From the IMG/VR virus record IMGVR_UViG_3300025327_000013: a stretch of 64,000 nt of DNA. The stretch is one strand, 5' to 3'. Shown piece by piece: positions 29,270-40,415 of this stretch. The DNA comes from an uncultured virus (IMG/VR IMGVR_UViG_3300025327_000013). Its lineage: Duplodnaviria; Heunggongvirae; Uroviricota; Caudoviricetes. The stretch's first letter is position 1, and each line of letters starts with the position of its first letter. The position numbers were made by a program, and so were the translations under genes. Under the pieces are notes generated by a model, which was given only the letters and a program-made list of their open reading frames with translations, was not told the DNA's origin and searched no databases.

Positions 29270-30402
29270 AAATGGACGATAACGAGGAACGCGGACTGAT
29301 GGAGATGATGCGGACACAAGCGAAGATGGTGCGAGCATACTTTGACGCGCTCATCGAACAGAAGTTTACGCCAGCGGAAGCAATGCGCATGACCGTGGCA
29401 TTCATTACGCGTCGAGTTGGTGATTGAATGTACATCCGCGTATCCATTTATGAGGGTCTCAATCAACCGCCACTCAGAGAAGTCTTCCTTGAATTGCGAC
29501 CTGAAAGCATAGTGCCAACGGTGGAACAGCTTCGCTATGCTGCGATGTTTGTTAGCTTGGCACTACAAGCCGAACAGGAATACCCGAGACATGCAGCTCG
29601 TGTGTGAACATGGCGTAGTGCTATATAAGGTGACTCAAGATATCCCAGCCGGTGACGCCGGAGCAGCGTGGCTAAATGAGCATGTGCCGATTGAGTACAT
29701 TATCAAGTTGCGCAAGGACAAATGTTCAGCGTGCGCGCTTGAGTTTACGGTGGGGATAGCCCCACAGGATAATACGCCATGGCGAGCCAACTAGGCGGAT
29801 TCGTACCGAAGGATTCTGGTCGCTATTCCATTGATCGCTACTGCGATTTCTCGGCGCCTGGCGAAGTGAGTATATCGCCAGAAGTATGGTGGTTATGGTG
29901 CTTGCCGCATAACCAACGTGATACTTCTTGTGAGTCCGTTGTGTATTGTGCGGTGAAGCTGTTCTGGTGGAGAGGAGACACAGTGCGCAGATCCAGTTCT
30001 TTGGGACAACGTGCACTCGGTGCTGGGCTCATGACTAAACGCCTTGGTATGGAAATCAAGATCAAGGATAACCACATTGGAACGGTCTTCGATGCAATAT
30101 TACGGGAGTTTTGGATGACGACAGAAGAGGTTGACGAATATATTTGTCTCTTGCAACTGGCGCAAGGTCAGTTACGGCAGGAGAGTAAACGTGACTGACG
30201 TGAATTTGCCGCGAGAAAAGATCAAGTTCGGCGATCGAGTGCTCATACTCGACGGTTTCTATGCTGGCCAGCGTGGCATCGTGTGGGAAGAAACAATGTA
30301 CGGTGTACAAGGAGGCATAAAGTATCGCGTACGGTTGGACCGGGAAATTTTCCCGAATTCACAGTTAGATGTGTGGGTGCTTCCTACACATTTAGGCCAC
30401 GG

Positions 30403-32886
30403 ATGATTCTCCACCGTCTCTTGAGCGCTGGCACCATTCCATTCCCAAAGGAAATTGTTGTGGATTTCGACGCTCTACCTACGGTTATCGCGTGTCATGG
30501 GAAAAACGGTGCTGGCAAAAGTACATTTTTAGAACTCTGCGTAAGCTGCTTTTACTTGACGATGCCATTTCGGCCAGGGCCTTTGTATAAAAACTTCGCA
30601 TCACGAGGGTATATTGACTTGACGTGGAGCGCAGTCCCCGGTGGTCCGCGATTCAGGTCGCGTCTCAATATTGATCCAGTAGCAGAACGTGTAGAAGCTA
30701 GTCTCTTCAACGCCGAAGGAGGTTCAGCTATTGCCGGGCCGCTTGCACGGGACTACCTAATTGAAATGCGAAAGCGAGGGATCCCACCGCTTGACGTGTT
30801 CCTCTCGACAGCTTACACGCTCCAGCCGAGTTCGACAACGGCCAAGAACTTCTTTAGCTTTCTCCTCGCTGACCGAGCCGAGCGCCGGGAGATCTTTGCC
30901 GAGCTCCTGGGGCTCAAGCCTTACCAGATACGCGAGGCAGTGGCCAAGGACAAACTCAAGGCCCTGGATACACAGATCGTCGGGAATGCGGGCCTGATCC
31001 GGGCGCTCGAGCAAGACATTATGAAGCGTCCAGCGGCAGCCGAGAGGGTTCAGGACACCGTGGCGAGGCTAGAAGCCGCCAAAACAGCCCGCGATGACCT
31101 CAGGAGCCGCTTGGAGGGGCTCAGGATAGCCGCAGCAGACGCCAAAGCGCGGGTAGCCGCTATCCTACCCTTCCGGGCGCAGAAAGACGCCCTGACGGCT
31201 GAGGTGGGCGTTCTGATAGCCAAACAAACGGCCATTGAGAAGACGTTGGTAGCCGCCCGCGTGGACATAGCCGCAGCGACAGAGGTCCAAGAGGTACCAG
31301 CCGAGAAGGAAGCATTGATTGCGAGGCGTGCTAGCCTACTGCCACTTAAAACGCAGGTCGACGACTTGGACAAGGAGATCAGCGGACTTGAGATTGAGCT
31401 ACTCGAGATCGCTGAAAACATCAAGCGTAACGAGTACTTACTGGCCGAGGAAGATATCATACTTGCTTCGGTCGACAGGATGACTGCAGTACAGGCTGAA
31501 ATTGCCGCTCTAGACGCAGAAATTGACCGCGAAATGGCTACAGATTCAGCAGCTCTAAGTGCCTACCAGGATTGGCTTTCTATCAGAAATGACCTTGCGG
31601 CAAAGATGGCAGAAGAACAGCGCCTGCAGCTCCAGATCTCTACGATGGACTCAGTCCCGTGTAAGGGGGTCGACGAGTTTGCCGGCTGCAAGTTTCTTAG
31701 CCAGGCCGCGGCGGCGCAGAGCACCCTGCCAGGCGTCCATGCGGACGTTATCGCGCTTAAGGAACAGGTGGGCGAGTTACGGACAACGCCGGTCGCTGCA
31801 GCGCCTCCGCTTAAGGCTAAGCGTGCAACTATGCTCATTGACAGGGATAATTTAGCACCGCTGGTCAGCAAGCAGGTAGACCTTGCGTCCGCACGGTCAC
31901 GTGTGGACGGCTTAAGCGACCGCAAGGTCCGGGTATCTGTGACATTGGACGACAAGCGCGTGGCCCGAGATGCTCTGACAGATCAGGTCACAGTACTTCC
32001 AGTAGTTAATGCCGCGCTTCGAGCGATCGAGCCCAAGGTCATTCTGGCCGCTACCCTCGGACCAGCACGTGCGGTTGAGGCACAGGCTGTCCTGACACTT
32101 GGCGAAATAGGCCTTACGCTGGCCGACAAGCGGATTGCGGTAGATATGGTCACAGCCTATCTCGACGGGCTGACTGATGCCGAGGCTGCGGTTACACAGG
32201 CCGACACCGCCCTGTCATGGTCCAGCATAGAACTGCAGAAGGCCGAGAGTACCCTGGGCACCATCGAGCGAGAACTTGGATCAGCCCAGGCAGAACTGAC
32301 TCGGCTGGAGGAGACTGCGGCACGGCTCGAGCGCCTCAGGGTGGAGATGCTGCCGCTTCAGTCTGACTTTGAAGATTGGAGTCTGATTGCACGGAGCCAG
32401 GGGCCTACCGGTATCCCTGCACTGCGCGTCGATCGCGCCATCCCGGAAATCGGTGAGCGAGCGACAGAGTTATTACGCGAATGTCTGGGCGAGACTATTT
32501 TTACCATTTTGCTCACCACACAAAAACAGTCCGCAGATGAGAAAAAACTTCTCGAAACGCTCGACGTTATCGTCCTGCGCAATGGGAAGCCAATGGACGC
32601 CGCACTCTTATCCGGCGGTGAAGGTGTACTGGTCTCTGAGGCGCTGTCGTTATCGATCGCGCTCTACAATGCAGAACGATCAGGTGCGAGATCCTATACG
32701 TTATTCAGGGACGAGGTGGGCGCGGCCTTAGATGCTGCACGCGCTCCCGCGTTTACACGATTGCTTGCTCGCGCCGCACGGATAGGTGGTTTTGACAAAA
32801 TTTTATTTGTTTCACATAATAAGGAAAGCGTAGAACTTGCCGATGCAAGACTCGAATTTTCCAACGGTATTATAACAGTTTCATGA
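30403..32886 (+). CDS. sbcC: SbcC/Rad50-like SMC ATPase
   Basis: GKNGAGKS, long coiled coils, central Cys pair, LSGGE, LFRDE, VSH; ATG 30403 overlaps the upstream stop. Confidence 0.88.
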   Translation: MILHRLLSAGTIPFPKEIVVDFDALPTVIACHGKNGAGKSTFLELCVSCFYLTMPFRPGPLYKNFASRGYIDLTWSAVPGGPRFRSRLNIDPVAERVEASLFNAEGGSAIAGPLARDYLIEMRKRGIPPLDVFLSTAYTLQPSSTTAKNFFSFLLADRAERREIFAELLGLKPYQIREAVAKDKLKALDTQIVGNAGLIRALEQDIMKRPAAAERVQDTVARLEAAKTARDDLRSRLEGLRIAAADAKARVAAILPFRAQKDALTAEVGVLIAKQTAIEKTLVAARVDIAAATEVQEVPAEKEALIARRASLLPLKTQVDDLDKEISGLEIELLEIAENIKRNEYLLAEEDIILASVDRMTAVQAEIAALDAEIDREMATDSAALSAYQDWLSIRNDLAAKMAEEQRLQLQISTMDSVPCKGVDEFAGCKFLSQAAAAQSTLPGVHADVIALKEQVGELRTTPVAAAPPLKAKRATMLIDRDNLAPLVSKQVDLASARSRVDGLSDRKVRVSVTLDDKRVARDALTDQVTVLPVVNAALRAIEPKVILAATLGPARAVEAQAVLTLGEIGLTLADKRIAVDMVTAYLDGLTDAEAAVTQADTALSWSSIELQKAESTLGTIERELGSAQAELTRLEETAARLERLRVEMLPLQSDFEDWSLIARSQGPTGIPALRVDRAIPEIGERATELLRECLGETIFTILLTTQKQSADEKKLLETLDVIVLRNGKPMDAALLSGGEGVLVSEALSLSIALYNAERSGARSYTLFRDEVGAALDAARAPAFTRLLARAARIGGFDKILFVSHNKESVELADARLEFSNGIITVS

Positions 32887-33413
32887 GCCCACGTGGCCGA
32901 TCCAGAGATCAACATTGGAATTGGAAAGGCTGGCGTTATCTTTGTAATGGGTATGTCTACATTCATCTGCCAGAGCATCCGCGAGCAACAAAAGATGGCT
33001 ATGTTTTGGAGCATGTGCTCGTTGCGGAGAAAAAGGTTGGGCGTGCTATTCTTCCGCACGAAGTCGTTCACCACCGCAATAAACAACGCGCGGATAATCG
33101 GCCAGAGAATCTTGATGTGCTTACGAGACAACAACATCAGCAACATCATAACGGCCTCAATGGACGGCCAAGTCAGCGCAAGAAACGGTATTGCATTGAT
33201 TGCAGTGTGAAGTTGTTATCACGTCATCTTAAAGTCATTAGATGTCGTAGTTGTTCTGCAAAACATCGCCATATAGAATTCCGTACTTGTAAATTTGATG
33301 GCTGTAAAGCTACATTTCAAGGCAGGATTTCATCGTTCTGCGAAAAACACAGAAAGCTACTATGGTGGAGAAGACGCTACGCTAAGCTAGAAGAATACTC
33401 AGGGCTCCGATGA
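32883..33413 (+). CDS. HNH homing endonuclease
   Basis: GYVLEHVLVAE..VVHHRNKQRADNRPENL plus C-terminal Cys fingers; AT-richer. Confidence 0.85.
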   Translation: MSPRGRSRDQHWNWKGWRYLCNGYVYIHLPEHPRATKDGYVLEHVLVAEKKVGRAILPHEVVHHRNKQRADNRPENLDVLTRQQHQQHHNGLNGRPSQRKKRYCIDCSVKLLSRHLKVIRCRSCSAKHRHIEFRTCKFDGCKATFQGRISSFCEKHRKLLWWRRRYAKLEEYSGLR

Positions 33414-34457
33414 CCGTAACTGACTGGCTCAATATGTCATTTGGCGAACCTACACCAGCCGTCTTCATCGGCAAGGGTAAACGAGCCAAAATAGTCACGC
33501 CCGAGATTTCAGCGCCACTTATCAAGGATCGCCTGGCAGAATTGGTATATCGGAATGGCGGCCAGTTCAAAGTCAGCGGCTGGGGCATGAAGCAATCCGG
33601 TATCGGTATCTATGACTCCATGGGCCTTGACGTCTCTGAGGCGTTTGATCTCGTATATTTTTACGGCATGATAACAGGCTTCGGTCTCGCTGGACCGGGA
33701 CGGCAACACGTGGAAACGCAAGTGCGGGATGTGCTCAAGGATATCTGGCGCGCGAAAGGCTGGACGGAGGAATGACCTATGATTGAAATCGGCCCGAATT
33801 TAACGAGTACTATCCAAATTGTCGCGGTGTGCGGTGTCATTGCCATCTTTTTCTGGGCAGCATTTCACCGATGATCACCTGCCCCTCCTGTATCCGAACC
33901 TGGTCTGGTGAACTCTCACTCGCCACACACCTGATCGACGCCCACGGTCTCCCAGCGCCGATCGCTGCCGAGCGAGCGCGATTCGTGGCTCGAGATAATG
34001 CGCGCATGAAACGGAAAGTGGAGAAGAAGGTGCGGAAGAAGAATCATCATAAACTCAAGTGGGAGAAATGAGGTCTATCTATTCTACATTATTAGAAAAA
34101 GCATTTTAATAGTAACCGTTGTTGTCGCTATGATTGAACTTGTTTCTGAATATCAGTTTCACCGATCCATCCTTGTGCTATTGCTTGCTGGTTGGATGCT
34201 TACGGAGGAATGAACGTGTGTCTCTGCGAAGAAACTAGTTTCTTTCGCTCGACGAACAGTGCGCCGTCAATAAAACCCCCAATCCCGGCACATCATAGCT
34301 GTGACTACGTGCGGAAACGGAATCTCCTCGTTGGGCTTGCTGTGATCCGTGCACACAAACGAGGGACAAGTAGAGACGACTGGCACCGCGTGTACGTTGA
34401 GGAAATGCAGGTGCTGGTTGAACAACATCAACGGGCTGGAACACTTTAACTTTTTTC

Positions 34458-34486
34458 TTGACTAATCTAGCGCGATAAACTAGGGT
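34458..34486 (+). promoter_or_regulatory. putative sigma70-type promoter upstream of the replication genes
   Basis: TTGACT-17 bp-TAGGGT in an intergenic gap; the -10 box is weak. Confidence 0.45.
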
Positions 34487-35075
34487 GACTCTCTACGAGA
34501 GGGTTTCGGACTTGGTCAACCCGTGACCTTAGAGAGCCAGTCACACCCTGGCTGGGGTTCCCTCTCTAGGGTCACGGCCAAACTCTCAACCCGTGGAACC
34601 GCGGGAGTACCCACGATGAAACAGGGTGCAGTAGATATTCACGCCTCGCTTCGTATTTGGTCTGACAAAGACTCTGCCGGCCGCATCGTACCAAAGCACA
34701 ATGCTACCAGTCTTTTTGAACTCCAACGGGATCTCAACCGAGAGATTCTTAAAGTCACCGGACGCCTTGCCTTCCTCCAGTCTTGGCAAGCAAGTTTTCG
34801 TGCTCTTCAGGAGACAGACACAGAAATAATCGGGAACTCCAAGGCATGCCAGGCCACCACTCCCTGACCTCCGAGACCATGCGGACGTTTTTTGGGCCGG
34901 CAGATGTTCGCTGGTGGGTCACGTCTGGCTACTCCAAACTGCGGCGATGTTCATCCTGCCGGGCGTTCTTGGAACCTTCCTACGCGGCCCTGACTGCGTG
35001 TACCTATGCGCCGGCTGCCGAGACCTTGCCGGGCTTGCTGATGACGTTCTTTCCGCGGACTTCTTAGTATGACTT

Positions 35076-35957
35076 ATGCCGACCGCCGCTTCTGAACAGA
35101 TGGCCTACTCCCCTGTATACCGAGGCATCTGGAATCATGAGGACCTTGAGGGCGCACCGTTCGAAGAGATCGCTTTTTTCGTCTTCCTCTGGTCCAATGA
35201 TTTCATCCGACCGAGCGGCATTTATCGGGCTTCGGATGACCAGCTGATGGCTTGCTCAAGGCTGCCGGTGGACCGCGTTCGGAAGTACCTCATTGACCTC
35301 TCCAATCGTGTTCGGATAGTGCGTGATGGTGCGTGGATATTTGTTCGTGGTTACCTAGCCCGACAGCCAAAACAGCAGAATTTGCTGCGCGGCGTCAAGG
35401 CAGACATCGATTCCTGCTCATCTGTACCTATCCTCAATTCGTTTTCCTTGAAATATCCACTATATAGCCAATGGTCGGCCGACCGTCTAGCAACCATTGG
35501 GCATACTATGAACGGAAGTGGTCCTGCAGTTGCAGTTGCAGTTGCAGATAAAGACTTAAATCTTGCTGGTTACACAACAACCAGCGAACGAGGGGCAAAG
35601 CGCAGGGCCAAGGTGCTGGACTTCCACCCTACCCCGACACTTCAAGACAGCGACCGAGTTATTCACCCCATCCGCTACGTGCTGACACGTTTCGACTTGG
35701 CGTTTCTAGCCAAGGTCGGGGACCGGCATCCGCCGTTCAGCGGGAAAGATGCTAAGTTAGCCGAACGGATGCTGAAGTCGTTCGGGGTCGAAAAGGTCGC
35801 ACGCTTGATCGACGCATTCTTTGAATTGGACGACGCGTGGATTCGTGACAGCGGGTATGGATTTGCGATCTTCCACTCTCAACTGGCGAAGTTACTGGTG
35901 AAGTTGTCGTCGCTGGTGCCGTCGAGTGATCCCTATGCGAAATTTCCAGGAGCGTGA
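35076..35957 (+). CDS. putative phage replication initiator/replisome organiser
   Basis: N-terminal wHTH-like region (FLWSN..SGIY), AVAVAVA linker, helical C-terminal domain; upstream of the helicase. Confidence 0.65.
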   Translation: MPTAASEQMAYSPVYRGIWNHEDLEGAPFEEIAFFVFLWSNDFIRPSGIYRASDDQLMACSRLPVDRVRKYLIDLSNRVRIVRDGAWIFVRGYLARQPKQQNLLRGVKADIDSCSSVPILNSFSLKYPLYSQWSADRLATIGHTMNGSGPAVAVAVADKDLNLAGYTTTSERGAKRRAKVLDFHPTPTLQDSDRVIHPIRYVLTRFDLAFLAKVGDRHPPFSGKDAKLAERMLKSFGVEKVARLIDAFFELDDAWIRDSGYGFAIFHSQLAKLLVKLSSLVPSSDPYAKFPGA

Positions 35958-36430
35958 GTATGACCGTGACCGAGTTCGAGGCCGCGCGTGCGACTTTAGA
36001 GTGTCAACGGTGTGGGCACGAAGGGCTGGCAGTGTACCGCCCTGAGAATGGCAATCACGTAGGAGCTCGATGTCCAGCGTGTCAAAGTAAAGCGCCATTG
36101 GCCGGCGTGCAGTGGCTGAGTCAGGGCGGATCAGCCGATCATATTGCGAGAAAACGAGGTGGTCGCGATGTACGAGAAGTATGGGCGACTGCCGGCGATC
36201 ATTGTAGTTTTTGCGGAAAGTCTTGGGATTTATGTGTGATTTTGAACATCACCAGAACGAAGCAGCATGTCTGGCCTATTATGTTTGGCGGGAGTGAAGA
36301 AGGACTGGTAATTCCGTTCTGCGCACGTTGTCAGGAGAGTAGCCGAGCAGCAATCATGGAAGCTCGAGATATAGAAGCGCTGGCCCAAACGTTGGATAGA
36401 CTACGAAAGAAATTCGGCGAGCCAGCGTGA
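35954..36430 (+). CDS. zinc finger plus degenerate HNH-like protein
   Basis: CQRC, CPAC, CSFC...QHVWPIMFGG...CARC. Confidence 0.55.
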   Translation: MSMTVTEFEAARATLECQRCGHEGLAVYRPENGNHVGARCPACQSKAPLAGVQWLSQGGSADHIARKRGGRDVREVWATAGDHCSFCGKSWDLCVILNITRTKQHVWPIMFGGSEEGLVIPFCARCQESSRAAIMEARDIEALAQTLDRLRKKFGEPA

Positions 36431-38076
36431 GTGAATTTCTCGAGGCCGCACGGGCGTATCACGCATTGGGGTATCACCCGATTCCGTGTGATCCTCGTGA
36501 TAAACGTCCACTGCTAATTGACGGTAAGAGGTTGCACTGGGAGCCATATCAGGTCTTGCAACCACTCCCTGATGAGATAGAAACCTGGTGGGGTGAAAAT
36601 CCTAATGCGAATGTGGCGCTTGTTCTCGGTCGCGGGACGTTTGCCGTTGATCTCGACGGTGGAAATGACGCAGAGAACGGAGACGAAGCAGAGAAGTTAT
36701 TGAATTCTCGATTTATTGTTTTACCGGACGGTGCACCGAGAAGTAAGACCGGACATGGTGGGCATGTGTTTCTCTCTGGATCTGTCGGGGATCGAGTTGG
36801 ATTGATGACCACCGGAGGTGTAAAGCCGCAAGTAGATATAAAAGGTGTGGGGTACGTGGTCGTTCCACCGAGTATACATCCGCATGGGCAGAGGTACATC
36901 TGGGAGATACCGCTGGTATCACCGAATCAGTTGCCACCAGCCCCGCTCGGACTCCTAGCCTTAATCGGAACAGGAAATGATTCCGATGAGGAAGAAATTA
37001 GCGTTGGGGTGGGAGGATCAGGGTGGGTATCCGAATACATGGCCGGTGTACCTGAGGGGCGGCGAGACTATGCGTGTACGCGTTTGGCGGGCTATTTTCT
37101 CGGCAAAGATCTGCCGGAGGGAACCGTCGAGACGATTCTCATGCGGACGTTCGCTCCTGGCTGTACTCCGCCGGCGGACCTTGCAATGGTACGCAAGTGT
37201 GTGCGCTCCGTCGGACAGCGTGAACGTCGCGGGACAGCTGTACTGGAACCAGAGCGTCCAATCGCGGCACAATCGCTGGCCCAAGCGCTTGACGCATGGC
37301 AAGAATCACGGCTCGAGCCAGCGGCTATTGTGCGGACACCGTTTTACAAACTCAATACGTATCTTGGTGGAGGGTATTCCGCTGGGGATTTGATCTACAT
37401 TGGAGCCAGGCCCGGCGTGGGCAAAAGCGCGCTGGCACTCGCGATGGCACGGAGTGCGGCGAGTGATGAGCAGGCGGTATTGATCATCAGCCGAGAAATG
37501 ACGAATATTGCACTCGCGCGTCGTATGGTGACGCAGGAATCCGGTATTGCAACGGTGCTCCTGAAGCGAGCGGATCCGTTGCCTCTCGAAGATGCTGCGT
37601 CTCTGACGGATGCGCTTATCAAGTTGCGCCCACTGCCCATCTGGCTATCTGACGAGGTGGTATCTATCGACGAAATAGCTGCGCTGACGACAGCGATGCA
37701 AGCTCGCGTGCCCATGGGATTGCTTATCGTGGACTATCTGCAACTCGTGCGAGCACCGAAAGAGATCCGTGATCGCCGGTTACAGGTGGAAGCTGTGAGC
37801 TCCGGATTAAAATTGCTGGCCATGGAGCAGAAACTTCCGGTTGTGTGCCTTTCGTCCCTTGCACGCATGGAAAAGGGCACGTCACGGCGTCCGACGCTCT
37901 CGGATCTTCGTGAGACGGGGGAGCTGGAACACGATGCCGACGTGGTTATTCTGTTGCATAGAGATATGATGGAGCCGGACATGGAATGTATTCTGGCAAA
38001 GAATCGCGAAGGAAGTCCGGGGATCATCAAGCTGAATTTTGATGGCGCATCGCTGCGTTTCTCAGAAACAGAATAA
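36427..38076 (+). CDS. bifunctional primase-polymerase / PriCT / DnaB-like helicase fusion
   Basis: AVDLD, KTGHGGH, YVVVPPSIH (Prim-Pol); EGRRD (PriCT); GARPGVGKS, VDYLQL, SDLRETGELEHDAD, KNREG (SF4 helicase). Confidence 0.9.
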   Translation: MSEFLEAARAYHALGYHPIPCDPRDKRPLLIDGKRLHWEPYQVLQPLPDEIETWWGENPNANVALVLGRGTFAVDLDGGNDAENGDEAEKLLNSRFIVLPDGAPRSKTGHGGHVFLSGSVGDRVGLMTTGGVKPQVDIKGVGYVVVPPSIHPHGQRYIWEIPLVSPNQLPPAPLGLLALIGTGNDSDEEEISVGVGGSGWVSEYMAGVPEGRRDYACTRLAGYFLGKDLPEGTVETILMRTFAPGCTPPADLAMVRKCVRSVGQRERRGTAVLEPERPIAAQSLAQALDAWQESRLEPAAIVRTPFYKLNTYLGGGYSAGDLIYIGARPGVGKSALALAMARSAASDEQAVLIISREMTNIALARRMVTQESGIATVLLKRADPLPLEDAASLTDALIKLRPLPIWLSDEVVSIDEIAALTTAMQARVPMGLLIVDYLQLVRAPKEIRDRRLQVEAVSSGLKLLAMEQKLPVVCLSSLARMEKGTSRRPTLSDLRETGELEHDADVVILLHRDMMEPDMECILAKNREGSPGIIKLNFDGASLRFSETE

Positions 38077-38087
38077 CAGGAGGCCCA

Positions 38088-38492
38088 ATGCCCAAGTCCA
38101 AGCCCACCAATATCATCGAAACAGTCGAGCGCGAATGCTACGTCGACCTGACGGCCGACGACGTGCGCGTGAAGGGAGAAGAACTCGCACACCTGGACCT
38201 CTGCATCATGCAAGAGGACGAAGCTCTGAAATCCTACGCCAAGCAAAAACGCGCGGACATCGAGGAACTCACGTTGTCGTTGCACAAGCTATCGGAGACG
38301 GTGCGCCAGCGGCGGGAGCTGCGGATGGTGGCGGTGGACATTGTGGATGCGGGTGAGTGGCGTGTGAACGAAGTACGTAGGGACACGGGGGAAGTACTGC
38401 GAGAACGCGCAGCAACGGATCGGGAGAAGCAGATGCAGTTGCCGAAGATTGGGCTGGTGGAGCCTGATACGACTAGTGCGATTGGAGAGTAG
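38088..38492 (+). CDS. hypothetical protein
   Basis: AGGAGG RBS; coiled coil plus RRDTGEV..R motif. Confidence 0.65.
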   Translation: MPKSKPTNIIETVERECYVDLTADDVRVKGEELAHLDLCIMQEDEALKSYAKQKRADIEELTLSLHKLSETVRQRRELRMVAVDIVDAGEWRVNEVRRDTGEVLRERAATDREKQMQLPKIGLVEPDTTSAIGE

Positions 38493-38636
38493 CAATGGCT
38501 GTGTTTGATCATGAACTAGAGATAGAAGTGCATCTATACGCCTGTCGAGATTCAAGGCTGGTCAGGCGAATAGATGCCGCGAAGATTAAGCTTCCCCAAG
38601 GAGATGCGCAGCGATTGTTTCGCCGATTGAAGGGGG

Positions 38637-39077
38637 ATGTGGAGCGGATTTGGCGTGCTTCGTCGTAGTCCTATGCATCGCGGCACACGTCGTCTCGGCC
38701 AAGCCGCGATTGAGCGTGTCCGAGCGGGCGGAAAGCTGGCCGTAGGGCGGGAGTCTGTATCGCTGATCGCGTGGCGGGCGATTGTGGGGGCAGTGAAAGC
38801 ACGAGCACATGGATTATGTGAGGTGGGCGGGTGGGTGCATCGAGGTGATGATCCAGACCACGTGGTACCACGGAGCGCTGGCGGAGCCGACCGGATGGAG
38901 AACGTAATATTTCTCTGCCGATTTCACCATGAGCAAAAAAACTGGGAGTTTTCACGTGGTCGATTGCTCATCCGTGCCGATGGGCGAGGAGGATTCGATT
39001 GGCAAATCAAGAAGGCCACCAACAAATGGGTGAGGGACATGCAGATCATCGCTGCGGGTACTGTGGTAGCGAAATGA
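38637..39077 (+). CDS. HNH endonuclease family protein
   Basis: LCEV...DPDHVVPRSAGG...NVIFLCRFHH. Confidence 0.75.
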   Translation: MWSGFGVLRRSPMHRGTRRLGQAAIERVRAGGKLAVGRESVSLIAWRAIVGAVKARAHGLCEVGGWVHRGDDPDHVVPRSAGGADRMENVIFLCRFHHEQKNWEFSRGRLLIRADGRGGFDWQIKKATNKWVRDMQIIAAGTVVAK

Positions 39078-39406
39078 ACGGAGCAGGTGATCTGACCCAC
39101 GATCAGGAATACATCGGTGTTCCACCGCTCATCCACGCTAACGTGGTGACCATGATCATGACCGAGGACACGCTGGCGCTCGAGTTCCGGGAATTCCACG
39201 CGGATCACATGGCCAATGCAAGCGAGAAACCGGGTCTGACCGGCGTGGGCGTGTCGCTGGACGATCTCAAGGGGATCCCGCCAAAGGCAAAGGTGGTCCT
39301 GACCTTTGCTGCGGCGTATTCGATCTGGGCATACCTGCAGGAGACCATGCCCATTATCTTGAAGTCACGAGCGACCGTGCGGCCGGGGCAGGAGGCGCCG
39401 AAGTGA
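39074..39406 (+). CDS. DUF3467-like protein
   Basis: HANVVT...LALEF...AKVVLT..AA pattern; ATGA overlap. Confidence 0.45.
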   Translation: MNGAGDLTHDQEYIGVPPLIHANVVTMIMTEDTLALEFREFHADHMANASEKPGLTGVGVSLDDLKGIPPKAKVVLTFAAAYSIWAYLQETMPIILKSRATVRPGQEAPK

Positions 39407-39476
39407 TCTGCAGGGTTTGTGGCGCCTCGGCTAGGCAAAGGAAGGACCAAGTTTCGGATACTGCTATAGCGTATAC

Positions 39477-39818
39477 GTGCTCCCGCTGCCTAATTTTGCC
39501 GCAAAAAGTGGTGCAGTCGAGGAAGGTGCCAAAGTGATAAAGTCGGAACAGGAAACAATATTTCGGTGGGCGACTGACGAGGAAGAGGTGTCCGTGTGGA
39601 CGGCTCAGTCACCCGTCAAGCGTAAACTGGAAAAGGCAGGCTACCGACCGTATCGGATGAGTACGAGGCAGGGCGTCGAGGTCGGCTGGTTCTTCAAGCT
39701 GCCGCTTTCGGAGTTCCGCTGGCGAGTAACCGGTGGTAAGAAAGGGCGGTCGCTGACCCCAGAACAGCGGCAGGCGGCCGGCGATAGGTTTCGGAAGGCC
39801 AGGTTGGCAGTTAGATGA
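39477..39818 (+). CDS. hypothetical protein
   Basis: EQETIF...LTPEQRQAAGDRF; start uncertain. Confidence 0.55.
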   Translation: MLPLPNFAAKSGAVEEGAKVIKSEQETIFRWATDEEEVSVWTAQSPVKRKLEKAGYRPYRMSTRQGVEVGWFFKLPLSEFRWRVTGGKKGRSLTPEQRQAAGDRFRKARLAVR

Positions 39819-40415
39819 GTATCCTGAGTCAAGTTTCCAAACTAAATATAAGGCTCTTGGGCACGATCTGGTTGAATCTGTATACGCGGACCCACCGGCA
39901 GATTTTTAAGGCTGGAATGCAATCAAACTAAGGCTGGAGAGCTAATGAAGCGCCATCGTAAACCAGAAACACGGGGCTTTGGACACAAGCAACTGGATTC
40001 CGTAACAGGGGAGCCGCGTTTCCCTTACAATACAGGGCCAGCGTCCGTGCGGACGGTGCCAGGCTGGACCAGGCCCAGATCCTGGTGGGCGGAACGCCCG
40101 GGCGCTGTCCAGAATCGGTGGGCACGAGCACGCCGTCTTCGGCGTGGAGGGAGTTGAGGTTATGCCTTGTGACTTCTCAACGCCTGGTCTTGTAATCTGC
40201 CGTTCGCCACTGCAGCCTGCGCTCATGTGGACTGATCGCGTGGACCTTCGTGGGAGGCGGCCCATGATCGCCCACAGTACAATGCAGCCCTTTGATTTTG
40301 TCTATTGTTGGCGGTGCCGGAAGAAGCGGTGGGCAGCTCGCTGCGATCGGCTGGGAGGAAGCTGGTATGATCCGCAGTTCTATTGTGCACCGGGACATGG
40401 ATGCACGAGACAGAA

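Noticed and set aside
35526..35547. GCAGTT tandem repeat as replication iterons
   Set aside because: Only about 3.5 hexamers encoding an AVAVAVA linker; too weak to call an origin
39820..39945. TAAGGCT three times and an AATCTG/CAGATT stem in an AT-richer gap
   Set aside because: Short, irregularly spaced and possibly inside a small ORF; not distinguishable from chance by eye
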